From an uncultured Bordetella sp. (GTDB lineage Bacteria > Pseudomonadota > Gammaproteobacteria > Burkholderiales > SG8-41): a DNA stretch of 64,000 nucleotides. Below, one piece after another: positions 20,368 to 29,560 of the stretch. How positions within the stretch are numbered: the first letter of the stretch is position 1; every line of letters begins with the position of its first letter. The translations under genes were made by a program, and so were the position numbers. The notes under the pieces are model-generated. The model was not told where the DNA came from, made no database searches, and saw nothing but the letters and a program-made list of their open reading frames with translations. The DNA lies in contig CAYSQJ010000004.1 in the NCBI GenBank assembly GCA_964433345.1, positions 109,381 to 173,380 of the forward strand. Direction: 5' to 3'.

Positions 20368-22036
20368 CCTGCTGCTGCATCCGGGCCTGTTGCTGGTCGC
20401 CGGCGGGCTGCTGGTCGCGGTCCTGCGCGGCCGCACGCGTGCCGCGGTGATCCTGCTGCTGCCGCTGCTGGCACTGTGGCTGGTCTGGCAGGCGCCGGAC
20501 CCGGCAGCAGCGGCGACGGTGCAGTTCCTTGAGCACACGCTGCGGCCACTGGCGCCGGACAGCCTGTCGCGGCTGTTCGCGACGATATTCGCGATCATGG
20601 CTTTCGGCGGCGGCTTGTTTGCGCTGAACCAGCCCAGCCGCCTTGAAGTGCCTGCCGCCTTTGTCTACGCAGGTTCGGCCATCGGTGCCGCCATGGCGGG
20701 CGACCTGCTCACGCTGTTCGTGTTCTGGGAACTGATGGCGATCGGCTCCACGCTGGTGCTGTGGAGCGGCGGCGCCAGCCGGGCAAGTTTCCGTTACCTG
20801 ATGGTGCACCTGTTCGGCGGTGTGCTGCTGATGGCGGGCATTGCCGGCCATGTGGCGGATACCGGTTCCGTCGAATTCCTGCGCATGACGCTGGACACGC
20901 CCTGGCACTGGCTGATGCTGGCCGGTTTCCTGGTCAATGCGGGCGCGCCGCCGCTGTCAGCCTGGCTGCCCGACGCCTATCCGGAAGCTTCGTGGAGCGG
21001 CATGGTCTTCCTGTCGGCCTTCACCACCAAGACCGCGGTCTACGTGCTGCTGCGCGGGTTTCCCGGCAACGAGATCCTGATCTGGATCGGCGTGTTCATG
21101 ATTTTCTACGGCATCATCTACGCGCTGCTCGAGAACGACATGCGGCGCATTCTCGCCTACAGCATCGTCAACCAGGTGGGATTCATGGTTGCCGGCGCCG
21201 GCATCGGCACCGAAATGGCGATCAGCGGCGCGGCGGCGCATGCCTTCACCCACATCATCTACAAGGCGCTGCTGCTGATGTCCGCCGGCTCGGTGCTCTA
21301 CATGACCGGCCGGCGCAAGTGCACTGACCTCGGCGGACTGTTCCAGAGCATGCCGGTCACCTGCATCTGCGGCATCATCGGCGCGCTGGCGATCTCGGCG
21401 TTTCCGCTGACTTCCGGTTTTGTTTCCAAGTCGATGATTTCGCAGGCTGCCGCCGACCAGCATCTGCTGTGGATCTGGCTGGCGCTGGCCGCGGCTTCGG
21501 CAGGCGTGTTCCTCCACGCCGGCATCAAGTTTCCGTGGTTCGTGTTTTTCCAGAAGGACTCCGGCCTGCGGCCGCCGGATCCACCGGCAAACATGCGCGC
21601 CGCGATGATCCTGTTCTCGGTGCTGTGCATCGCCATCGGCATCTGGCCGGAGCCGCTCTACCGCCTGCTGCCGCATGCCACCGGGTACGAGCCGTACACG
21701 GCCGCGCACGTGCTGACCCAGCTGCAGCTTCTGCTGTTCTCCGGGCTGGCGTTTTTCGTGATGCTGGATTACCTGAAGCGCACGCTGACCATCACCCTCG
21801 ACGCGGACTGGCTGTACCGGGTGCTGGCGCCAGCCTTGTGGCGCGCGCTTTGCTCGGCGTACTGCGAGGTGCGGCGGTCCTTCGCCGCCGCATTGGGCCG
21901 CGGCACCGTCATTGCTGAACGTCTGCTGCGCTGTTTTGGCCCTGCAGGCCTGCTCGGCCGCACCTGGAGCACTGGTGCCACCGCGTTGTGGATGATGGTG
22001 CTTTTGCTGGCCTATCTGGTGACTTACCTGAGCTGA
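20360..22036 (+). CDS. NuoL/MrpA-N-terminal-like or MrpD-like antiporter subunit 3 (second cluster)
   Basis: 558-aa ORF. LFVFWELMAIGSTLVLW, SAWLPDAYPEASWSG, LAYSIVNQVGFMV. It is longer than the two preceding paralogues. Confidence 0.85.
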   Translation: MTSLLLHPGLLLVAGGLLVAVLRGRTRAAVILLLPLLALWLVWQAPDPAAAATVQFLEHTLRPLAPDSLSRLFATIFAIMAFGGGLFALNQPSRLEVPAAFVYAGSAIGAAMAGDLLTLFVFWELMAIGSTLVLWSGGASRASFRYLMVHLFGGVLLMAGIAGHVADTGSVEFLRMTLDTPWHWLMLAGFLVNAGAPPLSAWLPDAYPEASWSGMVFLSAFTTKTAVYVLLRGFPGNEILIWIGVFMIFYGIIYALLENDMRRILAYSIVNQVGFMVAGAGIGTEMAISGAAAHAFTHIIYKALLLMSAGSVLYMTGRRKCTDLGGLFQSMPVTCICGIIGALAISAFPLTSGFVSKSMISQAAADQHLLWIWLALAAASAGVFLHAGIKFPWFVFFQKDSGLRPPDPPANMRAAMILFSVLCIAIGIWPEPLYRLLPHATGYEPYTAAHVLTQLQLLLFSGLAFFVMLDYLKRTLTITLDADWLYRVLAPALWRALCSAYCEVRRSFAAALGRGTVIAERLLRCFGPAGLLGRTWSTGATALWMMVLLLAYLVTYLS

Positions 22037-22296
22037 GCAGGGCTGTCTTCGTCAGCATTCCGTAAGCTTCCGGCCGGCCTCATTCTGCTGATGCGGCAGC
22101 CGGCGGAAATGCTTGATTTCGCCCATGTTGGGCGCTAGCATGATTTTCAGGTAGCACAGCGTTGCGCATGGCGCAATCCACACGGGTCGCCAGGCTCCCG
22201 CAGATGACGGAATCGCGCAGGCCAGGCCATAACAACAAAGCGTCGCGCTGTACCGTTCCCCGTTTTTTGATGGTCCACCGTTCTGGAGGAGAAAAA

Positions 22297-23463
22297 ATGT
22301 TTAAGAAACAGGATGTTAAGCCTGCCGATCGCCGTGCCACCCGGCGCAAATTCCTGACCGGCGCTGCTGCTGCGACGACGGGTGCCGCGATTGCCGGCTT
22401 TCCGATGATTTCCAAGGCCCAGGCCGGGCCGATCACCATGCGCTGGCAGAGCACCTGGCCGGCGAAGGATATCTTCCACGAATACGCGCTCGATTTCGCG
22501 AAGAAGGTCAACGACATGACCGGCGGCGAACTCAAGATCGAGGTGCTGCCCGCAGGCGCAGTGGTGCCGGCCTTTCAACTGCTTGATGCCGTGTCCAAGG
22601 GCACGCTCGACGGCGGCCACGGTGTGCTGGTCTACCACTACGGCAAGCAGAATGCGCTGGCGCTGTGGGGCTCGGGTCCGGCCTACGGCATGGATGCCAA
22701 CATGCTGCTCGCCTGGCACAAGTACGGCGGCGGCAAGCAGCTGCTGGAGAAACTCTACGGCTCGATCGGCGCCAATGTGGTGTCCTTTCCCTACGGCCCG
22801 ATGCCGACGCAGCCGCTGGGCTGGTTCAAGAAGCCGGTGACCCGGGTGCAGGACATGAAGGGCCTGAAGTTCCGCACGGTGGGCATTTCGATTGACGTGT
22901 TCACGGCGATGGGCGTGTCGGTCAACGCGCTGCCCGGCGGCGAGATCGTGCCGGCCATGGACCGAGGACTGCTGGATGCCGCCGAGTTCAACAACGCGTC
23001 CTCCGACCGCATCCTCGGTTTCCCGGACGTGTCGAAGGTCTGCATGCTGCAGAGCTTCCACCAGAATGCCGAACAGTTCGAGATCATGTTCAACAAGGGC
23101 AAGTTCAATGCCCTGCCGTCGAAGATGAAGGCGATCATCGAGAACGCCGTCGAGGCCGCTTCGGCCGACATGTCGTGGAAGGCTGTCGACCGCTACTCGA
23201 AGGACTACATCGAGATGCAGCAGAAGCAGGGCGTGCGTTTCTACAAGACGCCGGATCCCATCCTGCAGGCGCAGTTGACCGGCTATGACGCTGCGGTGGC
23301 CAAGCGCAAGGACAATGCGCTGTTCCGCGAGATCGAGGAATCGCAGCGCAGGTTCGCCGAGCGCGCGGTGCGCTGGGACCTCGACACCAACGTCAACCGC
23401 CGCATGGCCTACAACCATTATTTCGGCAAGAAGCCGGCGGCAGCCAAAAAGAAGAAGTCCTGA
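22297..23463 (+). CDS. TRAP transporter substrate-binding protein (DctP-type, Tat signal)
   Basis: ATG at 22297 is preceded by GGAGGAG. Twin-arginine signal TRRKFLTGAAAATTGAAIAG. The mature part resembles the TRAP mannitol/chloroaromatic-type periplasmic component. Confidence 0.85.
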   Translation: MFKKQDVKPADRRATRRKFLTGAAAATTGAAIAGFPMISKAQAGPITMRWQSTWPAKDIFHEYALDFAKKVNDMTGGELKIEVLPAGAVVPAFQLLDAVSKGTLDGGHGVLVYHYGKQNALALWGSGPAYGMDANMLLAWHKYGGGKQLLEKLYGSIGANVVSFPYGPMPTQPLGWFKKPVTRVQDMKGLKFRTVGISIDVFTAMGVSVNALPGGEIVPAMDRGLLDAAEFNNASSDRILGFPDVSKVCMLQSFHQNAEQFEIMFNKGKFNALPSKMKAIIENAVEAASADMSWKAVDRYSKDYIEMQQKQGVRFYKTPDPILQAQLTGYDAAVAKRKDNALFREIEESQRRFAERAVRWDLDTNVNRRMAYNHYFGKKPAAAKKKKS

Positions 23464-23489
23464 CGCGGACTGCTACCGAAGCAAACACG

Positions 23490-23523
23490 ACACCATCCGG
23501 CCGCCCCGGATGGTGTTTTTTTT
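23490..23523 (+). terminator. Rho-independent terminator/attenuator between the TRAP binding-protein and permease genes
   Basis: Stem CACCATCCGG / CCGGATGGTG with a 5-nt loop, followed by T8. Confidence 0.75.
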
Positions 23524-23567
23524 AGCAGCGGCCGGCGGCCGGCCCGCATCCACGGAATCGATGGAAC

Positions 23568-24167
23568 ATGCAGAAACTGCTTCTTTTCGTCGACAAGCTG
23601 AGCACCTTCGTCGGGCAGGCCTTTTCCTGGCTGATCGTAGGCCTGACGCTGCTGATTTCCTGGGAAGTGTTCTCGCGCTACGCGCTCGACAACCCGCATG
23701 CCTGGGCCTTCGATGCGATGATCATGCTCTACGGCACGCTGTTCATGATGGCGGGCGCCTACACCCTGTCGAAGAACGGCCATGTGCGCGGCGACGTGTT
23801 GTACGGTTTTTTCCGGCCGCGGACCCAGGCCACGCTGGACCTGCTGCTCTACATCGTGTTTTTCATTCCCGGCGTCATCGCGCTGACCTATGCCGGGTAT
23901 TTCTACGCCGCCGAGTCCTGGGCGATCAATGAGCATTCGAACATCACCGCCGACGGCCCGCCGGTCTATCCCTTCAAGACCGTGATCCCGCTGGCCGGCA
24001 TAGTCCTGCTGCTGCAGGGCATTGTCGAAATCGCCCGCTGCATCATCTGCCTGCGTGACGGGGCATGGCCCTCCCGCGAGGAGGATGTCGAGGAGGTCGA
24101 CGTCGACAAGCTGAAGGAAATGGTGCACGCCGACGATGCCGGTGCGGCCGGCAAGGGGGCGGCGTGA
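23568..24167 (+). CDS. TRAP transporter small permease (DctQ-type)
   Basis: 199-aa ORF with four hydrophobic helices. It sits between the TRAP P and M genes and its stop overlaps the next start. Confidence 0.8.
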   Translation: MQKLLLFVDKLSTFVGQAFSWLIVGLTLLISWEVFSRYALDNPHAWAFDAMIMLYGTLFMMAGAYTLSKNGHVRGDVLYGFFRPRTQATLDLLLYIVFFIPGVIALTYAGYFYAAESWAINEHSNITADGPPVYPFKTVIPLAGIVLLLQGIVEIARCIICLRDGAWPSREEDVEEVDVDKLKEMVHADDAGAAGKGAA

Positions 24168-26179
24168 TGAAGGTGCGCAAGGAACTGTGGTTCGGCTTCA
24201 CGATCATGGCGCTGATCGTGATCCCCGTGCTGATCCTGACGCCCTGGACCGACATGACCAACGGCGCCCTCGGCCTGCTGATGCTGGCGCTGGTGGTGGT
24301 GGCGATCATGCTCGGCTTCCCGACGGCGTTCACGCTGATGGGCATGGGCGTGATGTTTTCCTGGTTTTTCTACCGCAGCGTCGATCCGGACATGGCCACC
24401 CGGCAGGTGCTCGACCTGATGGTGCAGCGGACATACGGCGTGATGTCCAACGACGTGCTGATCGCGGTGCCGCTGTTCGTGTTCATGGGTTATCTGGTCG
24501 AGCGTGCGGCGCTGATCGAACGTCTGTTCAAGAGCCTGCACCTCGCGCTGGCACGCCTGCCGGGATCGCTGGCGGTTGCCACCATCATCACCTGCGCGAT
24601 TTTCGCGACAGCCACCGGCATCGTCGGCGCGGTGGTCACGCTGATGGGCCTGCTGGCCCTGCCTGCCATGTTGCGTGCGGGTTATCACACGCAGATTGCC
24701 GCAGGTTCGGTGACCGCCGGCGGCTGTCTCGGCATCCTGATCCCGCCATCTGTGCTGCTGATCGTCTATGGCGCCACTGCCGGCGTGTCGGTGGTGCAGC
24801 TGTATGCAGGCGCATTTTTCCCCGGCCTGATGCTTTCCGCGCTGTACGTCGGCTACGTGATCGTGCTGGCGATGATCAAGCCGAAACTGATGCCGCCGCT
24901 GCCGAAGAGCGAGCGCGAGGTCGAACTGCCGGCATTCGCGAAAACCCTGGCGGCGCAGGGGCGCCATGCAACCATCGGCCTCCTCCGCGCGCTGGGCGGC
25001 GGCAGCAGTGTTCCGGTGCGCACGGTGTCCGGGCAATTATTTGTTTCCCTGCTGCCGGCGCTGGCGATTGCCGCCGTGCTGGCTTTCAGCTACCGGGCTG
25101 CGACCGCGCCGGTGGAGGAATTCGACACCTCGGGCCTGGTCGAGGCCGGCGCCTCCTTTTATTCCGAGCCGAAGCAGGAAACCGGATTGTTGGAACCTTC
25201 CGGCAGCACCGGACTGCAGGAGCCGCCAGCCGAAGGCGCGGCCGGGAAACCCGAGGAGAGCACCGGTTTGCTGGAGCCACCCGGCGCAGACAAGGCGGCT
25301 GCCGAAACCGTGGCTCCCGCGGAGACCCCCGCCGCAGTGTCCGAGCCCCCGGCGCCTGCTGCGGAGCAGCGTCCGGTGCCGCTCTGGTTCTGGATCATGG
25401 CCGGCATCGGCCTGGTGTCCCTGGTGCTGATTTATGCCTTGTGGACCTGGCAGCGCTTCGAGATTTTCAAGATGCTGCTGGGTTCCTTCTTCCCGCTGTC
25501 GATCCTGATCCTTGCCGTGCTGGGATCCATCGTGTTCGGATTCGCCACGCCCACCGAGGCGGCCGCAGTGGGCGCCTTCGGTGGTTTCGTGCTGGCGGCG
25601 GTCTACCGTTTCATTGCCCATCAGCGCGGCAATCCCGGCTTTGCCGCGGTCGGTACCACGGTCAGGGAACTGGGGGGCATCATCAAGGAATCCTCCTTCC
25701 TCACCGCAAAGACCAGCGCGATGGTGTGCTGGCTGTTTGTCGGATCGGCAATTTTCTCGGCGGCCTTCGCGCTGCTCGGCGGCCAGCAGATCATCGAAAA
25801 CTGGGTGCTGTCACTGGGGCTGACGCCGATCCAGTTCATGATCCTCGCCCAGTGCATCATATTCATCCTCGGCTGGCCGCTGGAATGGACCGAGATCATC
25901 GTCATTTTCATGCCTATCTTCATTCCGCTGCTGCCCAAGTTCGGCATCGATCCGCTGTTCTTCGGCCTGCTGGTCGCACTCAACCTGCAGACGGCCTTTT
26001 TGTCGCCGCCGGTCGCGATGTCGGCCTTCTACCTGAAGGGTGTTGCACCCCCGCATGTCACGCTGAACCAGATCTTCCTCGGGATGATGCCGTTCATGGG
26101 CATACAGATCATTGCCCTGGTCATGCTCTACACCTTCCCGGGAATCGGCCTGTGGCTGCCGCAACTGCTCTACCGCTGA
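24167..26179 (+). CDS. TRAP transporter large permease (DctM-type) with an internal hydrophilic insertion
   Basis: Start MKVRKELWFGF at 24167 inside ORF 24065-26179. DctM-like helices run throughout. A proline/glutamate/alanine-rich insert with TGLLEP/TGLQEP/TGLLEP repeats is encoded at about 25090-25380. Confidence 0.82.
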   Translation: MKVRKELWFGFTIMALIVIPVLILTPWTDMTNGALGLLMLALVVVAIMLGFPTAFTLMGMGVMFSWFFYRSVDPDMATRQVLDLMVQRTYGVMSNDVLIAVPLFVFMGYLVERAALIERLFKSLHLALARLPGSLAVATIITCAIFATATGIVGAVVTLMGLLALPAMLRAGYHTQIAAGSVTAGGCLGILIPPSVLLIVYGATAGVSVVQLYAGAFFPGLMLSALYVGYVIVLAMIKPKLMPPLPKSEREVELPAFAKTLAAQGRHATIGLLRALGGGSSVPVRTVSGQLFVSLLPALAIAAVLAFSYRAATAPVEEFDTSGLVEAGASFYSEPKQETGLLEPSGSTGLQEPPAEGAAGKPEESTGLLEPPGADKAAAETVAPAETPAAVSEPPAPAAEQRPVPLWFWIMAGIGLVSLVLIYALWTWQRFEIFKMLLGSFFPLSILILAVLGSIVFGFATPTEAAAVGAFGGFVLAAVYRFIAHQRGNPGFAAVGTTVRELGGIIKESSFLTAKTSAMVCWLFVGSAIFSAAFALLGGQQIIENWVLSLGLTPIQFMILAQCIIFILGWPLEWTEIIVIFMPIFIPLLPKFGIDPLFFGLLVALNLQTAFLSPPVAMSAFYLKGVAPPHVTLNQIFLGMMPFMGIQIIALVMLYTFPGIGLWLPQLLYR

Positions 26180-26185
26180 TCCGCG

Positions 26186-27499
26186 TTGGCGGTCTTGCCT
26201 GATCAGTTGCCGGAAGCACGGCGGGTACTGGCGCTGGCGCGCAGCCTGCGTGAAGGCCGCATCAGTGCCGAGGTTTTGGCGCGTCGTTGTCTCGAACACA
26301 CTGCGGCAACCGACGCTGCGGTGCAGGCCTGGGCCTTCCTCGATCCGCAACTCGTCATTGCCCAGGCCCGCGAGGCCGACCGCTATCTTGCCGCGGGTCG
26401 GCCCTGCGGGCCGCTGCATGGCCTGCCGGTGGGCATCAAGGACATCATCGACACCGCGGACATGCCGACCGAAAACGGCACCGTGCTGCATGCCGGCCGG
26501 CGTCCCGCGACGGATGCAGTCGTGGTCGCGCGGCTGCGTGCCGCCGGCGCGGTCATTTTCGGCAAGACCGTTACCACTGAACTTGCCACCTATGCGCCGG
26601 GGAAGACACGCAACCCGCACAACCCGGAACACACCCCCGGCGGTTCTTCCAGCGGCTCGGCTGCGGCCGTCGCCGCCGGCATGGTGCCGCTGGCGGTGGG
26701 CACGCAGACCAACGGCTCGGTGCTGCGGCCCGCGGCCTACTGCGGGGTCTGGGGATACAAGCCGACTGCGGGGCTGATTCCGCGTGAAGGCGTGCTGCGC
26801 CAGTCGCAGACCTTCGACCAGCTCGGTGTCTTTGCCGGGGACGTTGCGGGCGCCGCATTGCTCGCAGAAGTCCTCTGCGATGCACACCAGCCGCCGGAAC
26901 TGCTGGCTGCGGCGACAGGGCACATGCCCTCGCGACCGCGCCTTGCGCTGGTCAGGACTTCGCGTTGGCCGCAGGCCGAAGCTTCAACCCGGGCGGCAAT
27001 CGAAGCACTTGCCTCGAAGGCGGGTGCCGTGGAATGCGAAATGCCCGCGGCCGCCGCAGCGGCCTGGGATTGGCACCGCTGCGTGATGGAAGCCGAGATT
27101 GCCGAGAACTTTGCTGCGGAGTGGGCGCAGGGCCGCGACCGCCTGTCGGTTTCGCTGCGCGGACAGATCGAACGCGGTCTTGCCGTGGCTGCTGCGGATT
27201 ACCGCGAGGCCCTGGCGCAGATCCCGCGGGTCAACGCCGCATTCGAGCCGCTGTTTGCACAGTACGACGCGATACTCACGCCGGCCGTCGCAGGCGAGGC
27301 GCCACGCGGCCTGGGGTCGACCGGTGATCCTGGTTTCTGTACCCTGTGGACCTTCTGCGGCATGCCGGCGCTGAACCTGCCGCTGCTGCGCGGACCTTCC
27401 GGCCTGCCGCTGGGCGCGCAGCTGGTGGCGCCGCGCGGCGGCGATGCGCGGCTGCTGCGTGCGGCGCGCTGGCTGGCCGAAAATCTTTCCGATTGCTGA
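26186..27499 (+). CDS. Amidase (amidase-signature family)
   Basis: 437-aa ORF. Signature GGSSSGSAAAVAAGMVPLAVGTQTNGSVLRPAAYCG and catalytic-Lys context GLPVGIKD. Confidence 0.85.
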   Translation: MAVLPDQLPEARRVLALARSLREGRISAEVLARRCLEHTAATDAAVQAWAFLDPQLVIAQAREADRYLAAGRPCGPLHGLPVGIKDIIDTADMPTENGTVLHAGRRPATDAVVVARLRAAGAVIFGKTVTTELATYAPGKTRNPHNPEHTPGGSSSGSAAAVAAGMVPLAVGTQTNGSVLRPAAYCGVWGYKPTAGLIPREGVLRQSQTFDQLGVFAGDVAGAALLAEVLCDAHQPPELLAAATGHMPSRPRLALVRTSRWPQAEASTRAAIEALASKAGAVECEMPAAAAAAWDWHRCVMEAEIAENFAAEWAQGRDRLSVSLRGQIERGLAVAAADYREALAQIPRVNAAFEPLFAQYDAILTPAVAGEAPRGLGSTGDPGFCTLWTFCGMPALNLPLLRGPSGLPLGAQLVAPRGGDARLLRAARWLAENLSDC

Positions 27500-27523
27500 A
27501 CAACTGATCCGGTTGCAAACACC

Positions 27524-28507
27524 ATGAACGAGCGCAAACCCCGGGTGCTGGTGACCCGCGAAGTCTTCGACGAAACCCTTGATTACCTGCGCGCGCACTG
27601 CGAGGTCATCGACAACCAGAAGGATGTCCCTTACGCGCCGGAGGCACTGGCCGCGGCGCTGGCGGACTGCGAGGGCCTGATGTGCGCGCTGACCGACAGG
27701 GTTGATGCCGCGTTGCTGGCGCGTGCACCGCGGCTGAGGGCGGTGGCCAATATCGCCGTCGGTTACAACAACATCGACGTGCCGGCCTGCACCGCGCGCG
27801 GCGTGATGGCGACCAACACCCCGGGCGTGCTCGATGACAGCACGGCCGATCTTGCCTGGGCGCTGATGCTGGGCACCGCGCGGCGCATCACCGAGGTCGA
27901 ACGCCGCATCCGTGCCGGCGAGTGGACGGGCTGGCGGCTGAAGCAGTGGCTGGGCGTCGACGTGCATCACGCGACGCTGGGCATCGTCGGAATGGGCCGC
28001 ATCGGCCGGGCGATCGCCCGCCGCGCGCTGGGTTTCGAGATGAAGGTGGTCTACCACAACCGCAAGCGCATCGCGTCGGAGCTGGAGCGCAAGTGCAACG
28101 CGGCATATGTGTCCTTGGACGAGCTGCTGACACAATCCGATTTCGTCGTGCTGCAGGTGCCGTACACGCCGGAGACCCATCACCTGATTGGCGCGGCGCA
28201 GCTGAAGAAGATGAAAACCTCGGCAATCCTGATCAATTCCACGCGCGGCGGCGTGGTCGACGATGCCGCGCTGGTTGCCGCGCTGAAGGGCGGCACGATC
28301 CGCGGCGCCGGGCTCGATGTCTACGAGAACGAGCCGAAGCTGAATCCGGATTTCCTCAAACTCGACAACGTGGTACTCGCGCCGCATGTCGGCAGTTCGA
28401 CCGAGGCCACGCGCAAGGCGATGGCGATGCTCGCGGCGCAGAACCTGGTGGCGGCGCTGCAGGGCCATGTGCCGCCCAACCTGGTCAATCCGGATGTGCG
28501 GAAGTGA
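27524..28507 (+). CDS. D-isomer-specific 2-hydroxyacid dehydrogenase (glyoxylate/hydroxypyruvate reductase-like)
   Basis: 327-aa ORF. NAD fold GIVGMGRIGRAIARRA. Catalytic region INSTRGGVVDDAAL...GAGLDVYENEP...APHVGSST. Confidence 0.85.
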   Translation: MNERKPRVLVTREVFDETLDYLRAHCEVIDNQKDVPYAPEALAAALADCEGLMCALTDRVDAALLARAPRLRAVANIAVGYNNIDVPACTARGVMATNTPGVLDDSTADLAWALMLGTARRITEVERRIRAGEWTGWRLKQWLGVDVHHATLGIVGMGRIGRAIARRALGFEMKVVYHNRKRIASELERKCNAAYVSLDELLTQSDFVVLQVPYTPETHHLIGAAQLKKMKTSAILINSTRGGVVDDAALVAALKGGTIRGAGLDVYENEPKLNPDFLKLDNVVLAPHVGSSTEATRKAMAMLAAQNLVAALQGHVPPNLVNPDVRK

Positions 28508-28510
28508 CTT

Positions 28511-28543
28511 TATAAGTATTTGTTTTTATTGATATTTTTATAA
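28511..28543 (+). repeat. AT-rich intergenic repeat, copy A (forward)
   Basis: TATAAGTATTTGTTTTTATTGATATTTTTATAA begins 3 nt after the stop at 28507. It matches copies B-F. Confidence 0.8.
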
Positions 28544-28577
28544 TCCTCCACAGCGGCGCCCGGCGCCGCTGCCTGCA

Positions 28578-29546
28578 ATGAATTACGCCGCGCAACTGCT
28601 CGACCTGATGGTGCAGGTGATGCTGCCGCTGTCGCTGCTGGTCTGCGCCGGCGCGCTGTGGACGCGGTTTTTCCCGGACACCGACGTCGAGCAGATGCGC
28701 TCCAGCCTCAACCGGCTGGTGATGTATTTGTTCTATCCCTGCATCCTGTTCGCCGTGGCTTCGAGCACGCCGATCGACCGTGAGCTGCTGTCGGTGCCCT
28801 TGCTGGTGGGCATCGGCTCCCTGGTCTCCGGAGGCGTTCTCTACCTCCTGCTCTACCGTCTGCCGCTGTGGCCTCAGCTGACCGACCAGACACGCGCCGC
28901 GCTGATGCTTGGCGGCATGTTCGGCAACACCTTCAATATCGGCGCGCCGGTGCTGGTGTTTTTCTTCGGCGCGGAGGCGATCCGTTACGCGGTGTTCAAC
29001 GACATGCTGATGACGATGCCGCTGGTGTGGACGCTGGGCGTGTGGATCGCCACGCGCCTCGGTTCGCATGATCGCAGCGCCGCGCAGCCCTCGGTGATCG
29101 GCGTGATGCTGACGATGCCGCCGATCTGGGCTTTCCTGCTCGGCTTCGCCTGCCAGCAGACGGGGCTCAGCTACGAGCCGCTGGTCAAGGCGACACAGTT
29201 CATCGGCCAGGCGACGATTCCGGTGATCCTGTTCGTGCTCGGCATGACCATACCCTGGCGCAACCTGGTGCCGCGCGGCGAGATCCTCGCGGTGGCGGGC
29301 GTCAAGCTGCTGCTGACGCCCTTCATCATCTGGCTGGTCGCGCCGCTGATCTACCCGCGCATGGCCGAAGCGCAGTATGCCGCGGTGGTCGAGGGCACGA
29401 CGCCGGTGATGATGACTGCACTGCTGCTGGCCGACCGCTTCAGGCTTGATGCGCCGGCTGCGGCACTGCTGATCGGCTGGAGTACGATACTGTTCTGGCT
29501 GACGCTGCCGCTGATCATGGCCTTCGGCTGGATCGGCAGGTCTTGA
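28578..29546 (+). CDS. AEC (auxin efflux carrier) family permease
   Basis: 322-aa ORF with about 10 hydrophobic helices and the two-repeat architecture typical of AEC/membrane transport family proteins. Confidence 0.75.
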   Translation: MNYAAQLLDLMVQVMLPLSLLVCAGALWTRFFPDTDVEQMRSSLNRLVMYLFYPCILFAVASSTPIDRELLSVPLLVGIGSLVSGGVLYLLLYRLPLWPQLTDQTRAALMLGGMFGNTFNIGAPVLVFFFGAEAIRYAVFNDMLMTMPLVWTLGVWIATRLGSHDRSAAQPSVIGVMLTMPPIWAFLLGFACQQTGLSYEPLVKATQFIGQATIPVILFVLGMTIPWRNLVPRGEILAVAGVKLLLTPFIIWLVAPLIYPRMAEAQYAAVVEGTTPVMMTALLLADRFRLDAPAAALLIGWSTILFWLTLPLIMAFGWIGRS

Positions 29547-29560
29547 GAGGAGAATTTCAC

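Noticed and set aside
14785-22036. The second Mrp-like cluster as the membrane arm of a group-4 hydrogenase, Mbx, or formate hydrogenlyase-type complex.
   Set aside because: No NuoB/C/D/H/I-like, hydrogenase large or small subunit, or ferredoxin-like genes occur on either side within the window. The flanks are a canonical pha operon and a TRAP transporter. I cannot exclude partners encoded elsewhere.
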